DNA from: Pseudolabrys sp.
GTDB taxonomy: Bacteria; Pseudomonadota; Alphaproteobacteria; Rhizobiales; Xanthobacteraceae
Length of the DNA: 64,000 nt
Assembly (NCBI GenBank): GCA_050184975.1
Contig: JBFWZV010000013.1
Span: 821-64,820 of the forward strand
Direction of reading: 5' to 3'
Below are positions 7,391 through 16,411 of the stretch, one piece after another. Under the pieces are notes generated by a model, which saw only the letters and a program-made list of their open reading frames with translations, made no database searches and had not been told where the DNA came from. Positions within the stretch are counted from its first letter, which is position 1. Every line of letters begins with the position of its first letter. Position numbers and translations under genes: made by a program.

Positions 7391-7463
7391 GTCCGGCACT
7401 CCCTATGACCTGAATCCTAGGGAATGGCCGTACATTTGTCAAGTATATAAATGCGACTATATT

Positions 7464-7901
7464 CCTATCGCTTCATCCACGCGAGGGCGCCGCTCGAGGG
7501 CGTCTCTGGTGGCGGGATGAGGCGCGGTGCCCGCGCGTGACGTTCGCAGCGTCATTCCCGGGCGGTTCCGGACCCCGCCCCTCCGGCACTAGGACCGGGG
7601 CGCGTGGAGCACGCTGACGGAAGGGCTTAAAGCCCTCAACGAAAAGCGCGGCCCGGAACCGAACAGAGCCGCATTGGAGCGCCGAGAGGCGTGCGCGGCT
7701 CGCAGGTTTGTTTGCGCAGGCGCGTAAACTTGCCTGCGGCGCAAGCCGCGCGCCATGTGCCGCAAGGCTCATGGCCCGGACGACCCGAGCGCCCTCCCGG
7801 CGCTCCAGTCCCTCGCACTTCTTTTGAAGCGCGAGCCGCGATCTGGGAGTTCAGGCGTGCCCGCGCCTTTCGAACAACAGGGAGGTTCCCGTGCGCCTTC
7901 C
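7464..7901 (+). ncRNA. Candidate large structured non-coding RNA, copy 1
   Basis: Collinear homology with the reverse complement of 31269-31690; compensatory helices; lies downstream of the reconstructed promoter. Confidence 0.65.
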
Positions 7902-7902
7902 G

Positions 7903-9711
7903 CTACACCGCCTCGAATTGCAGCTTGGCGAGCCGCGCGTAGAGCCCGCCGGCCGCGGTGAGGCTCGCATGCGTGCCCTCCTCGACGATGCGGCCGTGGT
8001 CCATCACCAGAATGCGGTCGCAGGACAGCACCGTCGCGAGCCGGTGCGCGATGACGATGGTGGTGCGCTCTTCCATCAGCCCTTCGAGCGCCGCCTGCAC
8101 CAATGTTTCACTCTCCGCGTCGAGCGAGGAGGTCGCCTCGTCGAGCAGCAGCAGCGGCGCGTCGCGCAGGATGGCGCGGGCGATCGCGATGCGCTGGCGC
8201 TGGCCGCCCGACAGCGTGACGCCGCGCTCGCCGATCTGCGTGTCCATGCCCTCCGGCAATCGCGCAATGAACTCCGTGGCGCGGGCAAGCTCTGCGGCGC
8301 GCTCGATCTCCTCGTCCGCCGCCTCGGGCCGGCCGAAGCGGATATTGTCGCGGGCGCTCGCGGCGAAGATCACGGTGTCCTGCGGCACCAGCGCGATGCG
8401 CTTGCGCAAGGCGGCCGGGTCGGCATTGGCGACCGGAATGCCGTCATAGGCGACGCTGCCGCCGGCGGGATCGTAGAAGCGCAGGATCAGGTGGAAGATC
8501 GTGCTCTTGCCCGCGCCGGAAGGTCCGACCAGCGCGACACGCTCGCCGGGCTTGACGCGAAACGTAATGCCGTCGAGCACGGTGACGTCGGGCCGCGACG
8601 GATAGGAAAAGCGCACGCCGTCGAAGGCGACCTCGCCACGCGCGGGCTCCGGCAGCGGCGTCGGATGCGCCGGCGCGGTGATCGCAGGCTTGACGCGCAA
8701 CAGTTCGAACAGCCGCTCGGCGGCGCCGGACGCCTGGCTGATCTCGCCCCAGACCTGGCTGAGTTCGCCCAGGCCGCCGGCCGCGAACACCGCGTAGAGA
8801 ATGAACTGGCCGAGCCGGCCCGGCGTCATCTCGCCGGACAGCACGTCCTGCGCGCCGACCCACAACACGAGGACGACGCTGGCGAAGACGAGAAAAATCG
8901 CCACCGCGGTCAGCACCGCGCGGGCGAAGGTCGAGCCGCGCGCGGCGCGATAGGCGCTCTCGACCGCGCCGGCAAAGCGGCCGGTCGCAAGCCGCTCGTT
9001 GGTGAAGGCCTGCATGGTGCGCGCCGCGCCGATCAGCTCGGAGGCATAGGCAGACGCTTCGGCCAGCGTATCCTGCGCGAGCCGCGAGCGGCGGCGCACC
9101 GAGCGGCCGAACGCAACCAGCGGCAGCACGATCACCGGAATGGCGCCGAGCACGAACAAAGACAATCGGGGACTTGTGAACACCATCATGCCGGCGCCGC
9201 CGAGGAACAGCAGCAGATTGCGCAGCGCGATCGAGACCGAGGCGCCGACCGCCGACTTGATCTGCGTGGTGTCGGCGGTGAGCCGCGAGATCATCTCGCC
9301 GGTGCGCGCCTCGTCGAAGAAGGCCGGCGACAGCCGCGTCAGATGCGTGAAGACGTCGTAGCGGATGTCGGCGACGATGCGCTCGCCGATGGTGGTGACG
9401 AGGTAGTAGCGCATAGCGCTCGCCGCCGCGAGAACGGCCACCACCGCGATCATCACCGTGAAGTAGCTGTCGATCAGCGCAACGCCTTGCGCCGAGAAGC
9501 CGAAGTCGATCATGCGGCGAACCGCGATCGGCACCACCAGCGTGGTCAGCGCCGCGACGACCAGCGCGACCAGCGCCGCGACGGCGCGGCCCTTGTAGCG
9601 CCCGACGTAAGGCGCGAGCAGCAGCAGCGGCCGCAGCCTTACTTTTCGCCCGCCATCGGCCGAAAGCGGCGTGTCGAGGCCGCCGCGCCCGTCGCTTCTT
9701 GCCGCACTCAT
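7903..9711 (-). CDS. ABCB-type (MsbA-like) ABC exporter, fused TMD-NBD
   Basis: Six-TM N-terminal half, GPSGAGKS Walker A, LSGGQRQ signature, LLLDEATS Walker B; start set at ATG 9711. Confidence 0.93.
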   Translation of the reverse strand: MSAARSDGRGGLDTPLSADGGRKVRLRPLLLLAPYVGRYKGRAVAALVALVVAALTTLVVPIAVRRMIDFGFSAQGVALIDSYFTVMIAVVAVLAAASAMRYYLVTTIGERIVADIRYDVFTHLTRLSPAFFDEARTGEMISRLTADTTQIKSAVGASVSIALRNLLLFLGGAGMMVFTSPRLSLFVLGAIPVIVLPLVAFGRSVRRRSRLAQDTLAEASAYASELIGAARTMQAFTNERLATGRFAGAVESAYRAARGSTFARAVLTAVAIFLVFASVVLVLWVGAQDVLSGEMTPGRLGQFILYAVFAAGGLGELSQVWGEISQASGAAERLFELLRVKPAITAPAHPTPLPEPARGEVAFDGVRFSYPSRPDVTVLDGITFRVKPGERVALVGPSGAGKSTIFHLILRFYDPAGGSVAYDGIPVANADPAALRKRIALVPQDTVIFAASARDNIRFGRPEAADEEIERAAELARATEFIARLPEGMDTQIGERGVTLSGGQRQRIAIARAILRDAPLLLLDEATSSLDAESETLVQAALEGLMEERTTIVIAHRLATVLSCDRILVMDHGRIVEEGTHASLTAAGGLYARLAKLQFEAV

Positions 9712-9943
9712 CGCCGGAAACCGGACCCTCTGACGCCCCACACAGGTTCCATGTTGGATCCCTTGCCGGACAATGCCTTGGCGCTCCCTAACGCGCAATT
9801 CGCCCGGAAAGGCCCGATTTTCCGGCGGCTTGTGCGATCCGGCCCGCTCCTGTATAGACCCGGCCAAATTCGGCCCGGCGCGGCGCGCTGCCGCGGGGCG
9901 CATCTCCCAACAGCGATCCGAGAGCGATCAAGAGTTAACCGCC

Positions 9944-10177
9944 ATGAAAGCCGAGACCCATCCCGACTATCACACCATCACGGTGAAGATGACCGACGGC
10001 ACCGAGTTCACCACCCGCTCCACCTGGGGCAAGGAAGGCGACGTGCTGCATCTCGACATCGATCCGAAGTCCCACCCGGCCTGGACCGGCGGCCAGCAGC
10101 AGCTGATCGACCGCGGCGGCCGGCTGTCGCGCTTCCAGAAGAAATTCTCGGGCTTCATGAAGGAAGACAAGAAGTAA
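9944..10177 (+). CDS. rpmE: 50S ribosomal protein L31 (Cys-free type)
   Basis: [10 protein letters not shown]...TRSTWG...[13 protein letters not shown]. Confidence 0.97.
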   Translation: MKAETHPDYHTITVKMTDGTEFTTRSTWGKEGDVLHLDIDPKSHPAWTGGQQQLIDRGGRLSRFQKKFSGFMKEDKK

Positions 10178-10221
10178 ACGCCCGCGGCGACGCGATCCCG
10201 CTGCAGACAGCGACGCAAATC

Positions 10222-10255
10222 AAAAAGCCCCGCGAGTTGCGGGGCTTTGTCTTTT
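10222..10255. terminator. Bidirectional intrinsic terminator between rpmE and rcdA
   Basis: AAAGCCCCGC-GAGTT-GCGGGGCTTT with A and T tracts. Confidence 0.8.
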
Positions 10256-10272
10256 GGCGGCCGGCTCCGGGC

Positions 10273-10797
10273 CTAGACGGCCTCGGCGCCGAAAGCGGCC
10301 TTCAGGAGACCCATCTGCCGCTCGACCGGATTGGCCGCCGGCTCGGCCGGCGCGGCGTTGGTATTGTGGATGGTGGTATCGAGACGGCGGACGCGCATCT
10401 GCAGCTTCTGCGAACGCTCGATCAGCTCGCGCAGTTGCGCCGGCAGCAACGCCAGATTCTGCGGGTCGGCAACGTCGGCGGTCGACAGCTTCACCTTGGC
10501 CTTTTCCTTGTTGGCCTGGGCGAGCGACATCTCGCCTTCCTTCACCGCGCGATGCAGCAACAGCCACGAGGCAAGCTGCATCAGCCGCGTGGTCAGCCGC
10601 ATGCTTTCGGTTGCGTAAGCGAGCGCCGCACCGCGGGTCAACGCCTTGGATTCCTGGCGGCCCGCGCCGTCGAGATAGGTCGCGGTCTCCTCGACCAGCG
10701 CCATGCCCTCACGAAACAGATCGGAAAAGGCCTGAGAGTTGGCGAGTTTCTCACCGAATGAAACCGGCTGAGCCTCGCTCATGGTTTTTTCAGCCAT
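10273..10797 (-). CDS. rcdA: DUF1465 family regulator of CtrA degradation
   Basis: LFREGMALVEETATYLDGAGR..YATESMRLTTRLMQLASWLL; start either 10797 or 10782. Confidence 0.9.
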   Translation of the reverse strand: MAEKTMSEAQPVSFGEKLANSQAFSDLFREGMALVEETATYLDGAGRQESKALTRGAALAYATESMRLTTRLMQLASWLLLHRAVKEGEMSLAQANKEKAKVKLSTADVADPQNLALLPAQLRELIERSQKLQMRVRRLDTTIHNTNAAPAEPAANPVERQMGLLKAAFGAEAV

Positions 10798-11026
10798 CGC
10801 GTTACGCCTCACACACCGGGAACAGTTACGCGCCCCGTACCGCCGGAGCATCGCGCGCAGGCGCCGGACTGTCCAGACGCCGCAGCCGTAAAACGCAAAG
10901 CATAGTTGCCGTGCAACCTTAAGATCACACCCCGCGCACCAATGCCGCGCGAATCCCGTGTCTGGACGTCCGCCAGCGAGATTTTCCCGCCGCTTTCGCG
11001 CCTCGTCAGGTGACCCGATTTGGCAC

Positions 11027-11125
11027 AAAAAAAGGAGCCGCCGTTGCCGGCGGCTCGAAGGTGATAACAGGGAGGCGTCAAACAGAGTGGACAGGAGCCA
11101 CTCATGTCCATGAAGATGGACGATC
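11027..11125 (-). ncRNA. Candidate small RNA (three hairpins, CUCCCU single-stranded tract, U-tailed terminator)
   Basis: Hairpins at 11106-11121, 11085-11103 and 11035-11056, followed on the minus strand by U7; 5' end approximate. Confidence 0.55.
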
Positions 11126-11145
11126 TCAGTAATGAACGAGAAAGC

Positions 11146-11160
11146 TTAATGTCGGGTTAA
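11146..11160. promoter_or_regulatory. CtrA-binding box TTAA-N7-TTAA
   Basis: TTAA TGTCGGG TTAA, upstream of the sRNA candidate and rcdA. Confidence 0.75.
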
Positions 11161-11194
11161 GTGCGCGATTTTCCGGCAATCGCGTTTGAGCGGG

Positions 11195-11389
11195 CTAGCG
11201 CTTGAAAACGTCGTCGGCGGCGCTGCGCGAGGCCTTTTTCTTCGCGATATCGGCTTCGAGACGGGAAATCTCATCGCGTAACAGTGCAATTCGCTCACTC
11301 AATTCCTCGACCGAGAGCAGCGTCAGCTCCTGCCCGATCTCGTGCGACAGCTTCTTTTTCGGCCTGTCTTCGTCGTCGAACGCGGGCAT
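11195..11389 (-). CDS. DUF1192 family protein
   Basis: HEIGQELTLLSVEELSERIALLRDEISRLEA; usual neighbour of rcdA. Confidence 0.88.
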   Translation of the reverse strand: MPAFDDEDRPKKKLSHEIGQELTLLSVEELSERIALLRDEISRLEADIAKKKASRSAADDVFKR

Positions 11390-11517
11390 TGCTGGCTCCT
11401 TCTCCGAGAAATCTAGCGGCGCAGCGGCGGGTTGTCACACCGCCACGGTCCGCCTAAAAACTTGTTCCTCTCGCCCGACATGATTGCCCGTCAGCGACGT
11501 CAAATGAGCGATTTCAA

Positions 11518-12513
11518 ATGAGCGCCCTGCCCGACACGATGACCGCCATCGCCATCCGCGAACCCGGCAAGCCCGAGGTGCTGGTGCCCGAACAGCGCCC
11601 GGTGCCGAAGCCTGGCGCCGGCGAAATTCTGGTCAAGGTCGAAGCCGCCGGCGTCAACCGGCCGGACGTCATGCAACGGCAGGGCCTCTACCCGCCGCCG
11701 CCCGGCGCGCCTGACATTCCGGGTCTGGAAATCGCCGGCACCGTGATCGCGCTGGGCGACGGCGTCAGGCGCTGGAAAGCAGGCGACCGCGTCATGGCGC
11801 TGGTGGTCGGCGGCGGCTACGCCGAATACTGCCTCGCGCACGAGAGCCACGCGCTGCCGGTCGGCAACATTCCAATCATCGAAGCGGCGGCCATCCCGGA
11901 GACCTTCCTCACCGTCTGGCACAACGTCTTCGAACGCGGCCAGTTGAAGTCCGGCGAGACCCTCCTCGTGCATGGCGGCTCGTCCGGCATCGGCACCACC
12001 GCGATCCAGTTGGCGAAAGCGTTCGGCGCGCGCGTCATCACCACCGCCGGTTCGGATGACAAGTGTGAAGCCTGCCGCAAGCTCGGCGCCGACATCGCAA
12101 TCAACTACAAGACCGAAGACTTCGTCGCGGCGACGAAAGCGGCGACCGGCGACAAGGGTGCCAACCTGATCCTCGACATGGTCGGCGGCGACTACATCGG
12201 CCGCAACTACGAGGCGGCGTCCGTCGAAGGCCGCATCGTGCAGATCGCTTTCCAGGGCTCCCCGAAAGCGACCGTCGACTTCCGCCGCATCATGTTGAAG
12301 CGGCTGCACCACACCGGTTCGACGCTGCGCTCGCGTTCGATCGCGGACAAGGGCGCGATTGCCCGCGCCGTCGGCGACCAGGCGCTGCCGCTGATCGCCT
12401 CCGGCAAAGTCAAAGTGCTGATCGACAGTACCTTCCCGTTGGCCGACGCAGCCAAGGCCCACGCACGCATGGAAAGCAGCGCGCACATCGGCAAGATTGT
12501 CCTAACCCTTTGA
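11518..12513 (+). CDS. NAD(P)H-quinone oxidoreductase (PIG3/zeta-crystallin MDR family)
   Basis: AGVNRPD..QRQG.YPPP, VHGGSSGIGT, HIGKIVL. Confidence 0.93.
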   Translation: MSALPDTMTAIAIREPGKPEVLVPEQRPVPKPGAGEILVKVEAAGVNRPDVMQRQGLYPPPPGAPDIPGLEIAGTVIALGDGVRRWKAGDRVMALVVGGGYAEYCLAHESHALPVGNIPIIEAAAIPETFLTVWHNVFERGQLKSGETLLVHGGSSGIGTTAIQLAKAFGARVITTAGSDDKCEACRKLGADIAINYKTEDFVAATKAATGDKGANLILDMVGGDYIGRNYEAASVEGRIVQIAFQGSPKATVDFRRIMLKRLHHTGSTLRSRSIADKGAIARAVGDQALPLIASGKVKVLIDSTFPLADAAKAHARMESSAHIGKIVLTL

Positions 12514-12664
12514 CGGTTTTTGTGAAATTTTCGAAAATCAGGGTCGCATCAGGCCGTGAATTCGGCACAATGTGGGCGATAGATGGCCCGGCTTGGCTAC
12601 CAGAACGGAAGAAACTGCCCGACATGAGAGCCGGAACGGCACCGGGGCAGAGGGGGGTCGTGAA

Positions 12665-15559
12665 TTGAATTGGGCGTGGCGCCAGGCTGCGGCGGGTTTT
12701 GCCGTGGCGGTGGGATTGGCCGTGCTCGCGTCGCAACCGGCGCGGGCGGTCGAAGGCGTCAATGTCCGCCTCGACGTGCCCGCCATCGACCTTACCCGCG
12801 CGACCGAAATCCAGAGGACCGAAGCTGACCGCATTCAGGTCTCAACGGCACCAGCGGCCGACGGCATCATCCGCCGCGTCGAGGTGCGGGCCCGGGAAGG
12901 CGGCACCAACTGGGCGGTGTTCGCGCTCACCAACAACAGCGACGAGCAGATCGATCGCCTGATCGTCGTGCCACATTACCGCATGGTCGGCTCCGGCATC
13001 ATCTGGCCGGACCTCGGCCTCTCGCGCGTGACTGCGATCACGCCGTCTTCCGGCGACCGTCCCGACCGTCAGGAGAGCGCAACCGCCGACGTCTTCCGCG
13101 TCACGCTCGATCCGGGAACCGTCATCACTTACATCGCCGAATTGCGGACCGACCAGTTGCCGCAGATCTATCTGTGGGAGCCAGACGCCTACAAGGACAA
13201 GGTCAACAGCTTCACGCTCTACTACGGCATCGTCATCGGCATCGCCGGCCTGCTGGCGCTGTTCCTCACCATCCTGTTCGTGGTGAAGGGCAGCGTGATG
13301 TTTCCTGCCGCCGCTGCGCTCGGCTGGGCGGTGCTTGTCTATATCGGCATCGATTTCGGCTTCTGGGGCAAGGTGTTCGACATGTCGGCCGGCGCCGAGC
13401 GCGTGTGGCGCGCCTGCGGCGAGGCGATCCTTGCCGCCACGCTGCTCGTATTTCTGTTCGCCTATCTGAACCTCAACCGCTGGCATGTGCGCTACGTCCA
13501 CATCACCGGGGCCTGGCTGCTGGGCCTCGCCATGCTGATCGCGGTCGCGGTCTACGACCCGGCGGTCGCCTCCGGCATCGCCCGCATCTCGCTGGCAGCT
13601 ATCGCGGCGGTCGGTTTCGCGCTGGTGGTTTATCTTTCGACCCACGGTTTCGACCGCGCCGTGCTGCTGATCCCGACCTGGTTCCTGCTGCTGGTCTGGG
13701 TACTGGCGGCGAGCTTCGCGGTCGCCGGCTGGGTCACCAACGACATCATCGCACCCGCCTTGCTCGGCGGTCTGGTGTTGATCGTCATGTTGATCGGCTT
13801 CACGGTCATGCAGCACGCCTTCGCCGGCGGCGTCACCCAGGGCATCGTCTCCGACGTCGAGCGCCGCGCTCTCGCGCTGACCGGTTCCGGCGACATGATC
13901 TGGGACTGGGACGTCTCTGCCGACAAGGTTTTCACCAGCGCCGAAACCGAGCAGGCACTGGGCCTCAAACGCGGTTCGCTCGAGGGCCCCGCCGCCGGCT
14001 GGCTCGAAGTGCTGCATCCGCTCGACCGCGACCGCTTTCGCGCCGCGCTCGATGGCATCGTCGAGCAGCGCCGCGGCCGGCTGACGCAGGAATTCCGCCT
14101 GCGTGGGCCCGACGGGCACTATCTCTGGTTCGCGTTACGGGCGCGGCCGGTGGTGGCGACCGACGGCGAGGTGGTGCGCGTGGTCGGCACATTGTCCGAC
14201 GTCACCGAGATCAAGAATGCCGAGGAACGACTCCTGTTCGACGCCGTCCACGACAACCTGACCGGTCTGCCGAACCGGGAACTGTTCCTCGACCGCCTCG
14301 AAGCCGCGTTCGGCTTCGCCCGCGCCGACACCTCGATCCGCCCGACCGTGATGGTGATCGACATCGACCGCTTCAAGCAGGTCAACGACTCGGTCGGCAT
14401 CGCGGTCGGCGACTCGATCCTGTTGACGATCGCGCGCCGGCTCGGCCGTCTGCTCAAGCCGCAGGACACGCTGGCGCGGCTTTCCGGCGACCAGTTCGCC
14501 TTGATCCTGATGTCAGAAAAAGAGCCGGCCCGCATCGTCGCCTTCGCCGAGACGATGCGCCGCACGCTCCGAGCGCCAATCGTCTTCAACGAGCGCGAGA
14601 TCTTCCTCACCGCATCAATGGGCCTCGCGCTCGCCGACAGCCAGCCGCACCGCACCGAAGAGGTGCTGAAGGACGCCGAGCTCGCGATGTACTACGCCAA
14701 GCGGATCGGCGGCGACCGCATCGAGGTATTCAAACCGGCGATGCGTGCGCGCAAGACCGACCGGCTGACGATGGAATCGGAACTGCGGCGCGCCATCGAG
14801 CGCGAAGAGATCGTCATTCTCTACCAGCCGATCATACGGCTGGAAGACCGTGCCATTGCCGGCTTCGAGGCGCTGGCGCGCTGGGACCATCCCAAGATGG
14901 GCCGCCTGTCGCCGGCGGAGTTCATCAGCATCGCCGAGGAGATCGGCTTGATCGTCGACCTCGGCCTGTTCGTGCTCGACCGCGCCGCGCGACAGCTCGC
15001 TGTCTGGCAGCGCAACGGCAAAGGCAACGACCCGGTCTTCGTCAGCGTCAATATCTCATCGCGGCAACTGTTGCGGCACGACCTGATCCACGATCTGCGT
15101 ACCGTGCTGGCGCGCTCATCGGTCGCCCGCGGCACCTTGAAACTCGAACTCACCGAGTCGCTGGTGATGGAGAATCCCGAACACGCCGCGCAGATGCTCA
15201 CGCGCATTCGCGAGCTCGGCGCCGGCCTCGCGCTTGACGATTTCGGTACCGGGCATTCCTCGCTCGCCTATTTGCAGCGCTTTCCGTTCGACACCATCAA
15301 GATCGATCAGTCGTTCGTGCGCACCACCGCGCGCGGCACGCGGCCGGTGATCCTGCGTTCGATCATCGCAATGGCGCACGATCTCGGCATGGACGTCGTC
15401 GCAGAGGGCGCAGAGACCGATTCAGACGCGGTCGAGCTCTACCAGCTCGGATGCGAATTCGCGCAAGGATACGCCTTCGGCGAGCCGATGGAGGCCGACA
15501 GGGCCGGCAAGATGATCGGCGGCGAAGCACCGAGCCTGCTCGCGCGCGAAGCGCGCTGA
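12665..15559 (+). CDS. Membrane-bound sensor PAS-GGDEF-EAL c-di-GMP phosphodiesterase
   Basis: Periplasmic domain plus 7 TM, PAS (WDWDV..LHPLD), degenerate SGDQF, intact EAL and DDFGTGHSSL; start uncertain (TTG 12665 after GAGGGG, or GTG 12572). Confidence 0.9.
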   Translation: MNWAWRQAAAGFAVAVGLAVLASQPARAVEGVNVRLDVPAIDLTRATEIQRTEADRIQVSTAPAADGIIRRVEVRAREGGTNWAVFALTNNSDEQIDRLIVVPHYRMVGSGIIWPDLGLSRVTAITPSSGDRPDRQESATADVFRVTLDPGTVITYIAELRTDQLPQIYLWEPDAYKDKVNSFTLYYGIVIGIAGLLALFLTILFVVKGSVMFPAAAALGWAVLVYIGIDFGFWGKVFDMSAGAERVWRACGEAILAATLLVFLFAYLNLNRWHVRYVHITGAWLLGLAMLIAVAVYDPAVASGIARISLAAIAAVGFALVVYLSTHGFDRAVLLIPTWFLLLVWVLAASFAVAGWVTNDIIAPALLGGLVLIVMLIGFTVMQHAFAGGVTQGIVSDVERRALALTGSGDMIWDWDVSADKVFTSAETEQALGLKRGSLEGPAAGWLEVLHPLDRDRFRAALDGIVEQRRGRLTQEFRLRGPDGHYLWFALRARPVVATDGEVVRVVGTLSDVTEIKNAEERLLFDAVHDNLTGLPNRELFLDRLEAAFGFARADTSIRPTVMVIDIDRFKQVNDSVGIAVGDSILLTIARRLGRLLKPQDTLARLSGDQFALILMSEKEPARIVAFAETMRRTLRAPIVFNEREIFLTASMGLALADSQPHRTEEVLKDAELAMYYAKRIGGDRIEVFKPAMRARKTDRLTMESELRRAIEREEIVILYQPIIRLEDRAIAGFEALARWDHPKMGRLSPAEFISIAEEIGLIVDLGLFVLDRAARQLAVWQRNGKGNDPVFVSVNISSRQLLRHDLIHDLRTVLARSSVARGTLKLELTESLVMENPEHAAQMLTRIRELGAGLALDDFGTGHSSLAYLQRFPFDTIKIDQSFVRTTARGTRPVILRSIIAMAHDLGMDVVAEGAETDSDAVELYQLGCEFAQGYAFGEPMEADRAGKMIGGEAPSLLAREAR

Positions 15560-15562
15560 TCG

Positions 15563-16411
15563 ATGCCGGCAGGCGACAACACAGACAAGCCGACGGTTGC
15601 GGGTTTTGGCCGCGAGTGGTCGACATTCACGCAAGGCACCGACGCGCTGCACGACGCCGACCGGCAGGCGATCTTTGACGGCTATTTCGCGATCTTTCCC
15701 TGGCAACGCCTGCCGCCCGAGGCGACCGGTGCGGACATCGGCTGCGGCAGCGGGCGCTGGGCCACGTTGGTTGCGCCGCGGGTCGGCCATCTTCATGCGG
15801 TCGACGCCGCCGAGGACGCGCTGGCGGTGGCGCGGCAGAATCTTGCCGGCCGCCCCAACGTGACGTTCCATCACGCGTCGGTGGCGAAGCTGCCGTTTGC
15901 GCCGCGGTCGCTCGACTTCGCCTATTCGCTCGGCGTCCTGCATCATGTCCCCGACACCGCGCAGGCAATCCGCGACGTCGCGAGGGCGCTCAAGCCCGGC
16001 GCACCGTTTCTCATCTATCTTTATTATGCCTTTGACAATCGCTCGGCGGCATTTCGCGCGCTATGGCGGCTGTCCAACCTCGGTCGCATCGTGCTCTCGC
16101 GCGCTCCCTATGCGGTGCAGATCGCGGCGACGACTCTGATCGCGATGCTTGTCTACTGGCCGCTGGCGCGCGTGGCCGCGCTGCTCGATGTCGTCGGCGC
16201 ACTGCCGCGGTCATGGCCGCTCGCCTTCTACCGCCGCCGCTCGTTCTATGTGATGCGCACCGACGCCTTCGACCGGTTCTGCACCCGGCTCGAACAACGT
16301 TTCACGCGCAACGAGATCGCGGCCATGCTGCGCGACGCCGGCTTCACGTCGGTGACGTTTTCCGAGAACGAACCTTATTGGGTGGCCGTCGGCATCGCCG
16401 GTCAGGCGTGA
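15563..16411 (+). CDS. Class I SAM-dependent methyltransferase
   Basis: [10 protein letters not shown] motif I; [10 protein letters not shown]. Confidence 0.88.
   Translation: MPAGDNTDKPTVAGFGREWSTFTQGTDALHDADRQAIFDGYFAIFPWQRLPPEATGADIGCGSGRWATLVAPRVGHLHAVDAAEDALAVARQNLAGRPNVTFHHASVAKLPFAPRSLDFAYSLGVLHHVPDTAQAIRDVARALKPGAPFLIYLYYAFDNRSAAFRALWRLSNLGRIVLSRAPYAVQIAATTLIAMLVYWPLARVAALLDVVGALPRSWPLAFYRRRSFYVMRTDAFDRFCTRLEQRFTRNEIAAMLRDAGFTSVTFSENEPYWVAVGIAGQA

Larger units (their letters stand above)
5493..7455 (-). mobile_element. IS1595-family element with passenger genes (element 1)
   Basis: 26-bp TIRs CGCATTTATATACTTGACAAA(A/T)GTAC at 5493-5518 and 7430-7455 (25/26 match); 8-bp direct repeat ACTATATT at 5485-5492 and 7456-7463; lower-GC interior. 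Confidence 0.93.

Noticed and set aside
7464-7901. Identifying the large ncRNA as RNase P, tmRNA, a group II intron or a cobalamin riboswitch
   Set aside because: I could not find the RNase P GAGGAAAGUCC motif, a tRNA-like TpsiC/CCA end with tag ORF, a domain V AGC/GNRA hairpin or a B12 box; it is also not a 5' leader of a downstream gene.
7891-10761. 956-aa plus-strand ORF and many other long ORFs in the track (e.g. 265-1455, 12842-14119, 28118-29875, 47928-49517, 53638-55398)
   Set aside because: Antisense or alternate-frame shadows of well-supported genes in high-GC DNA; Arg/Ala/Gly-rich with no family motifs.
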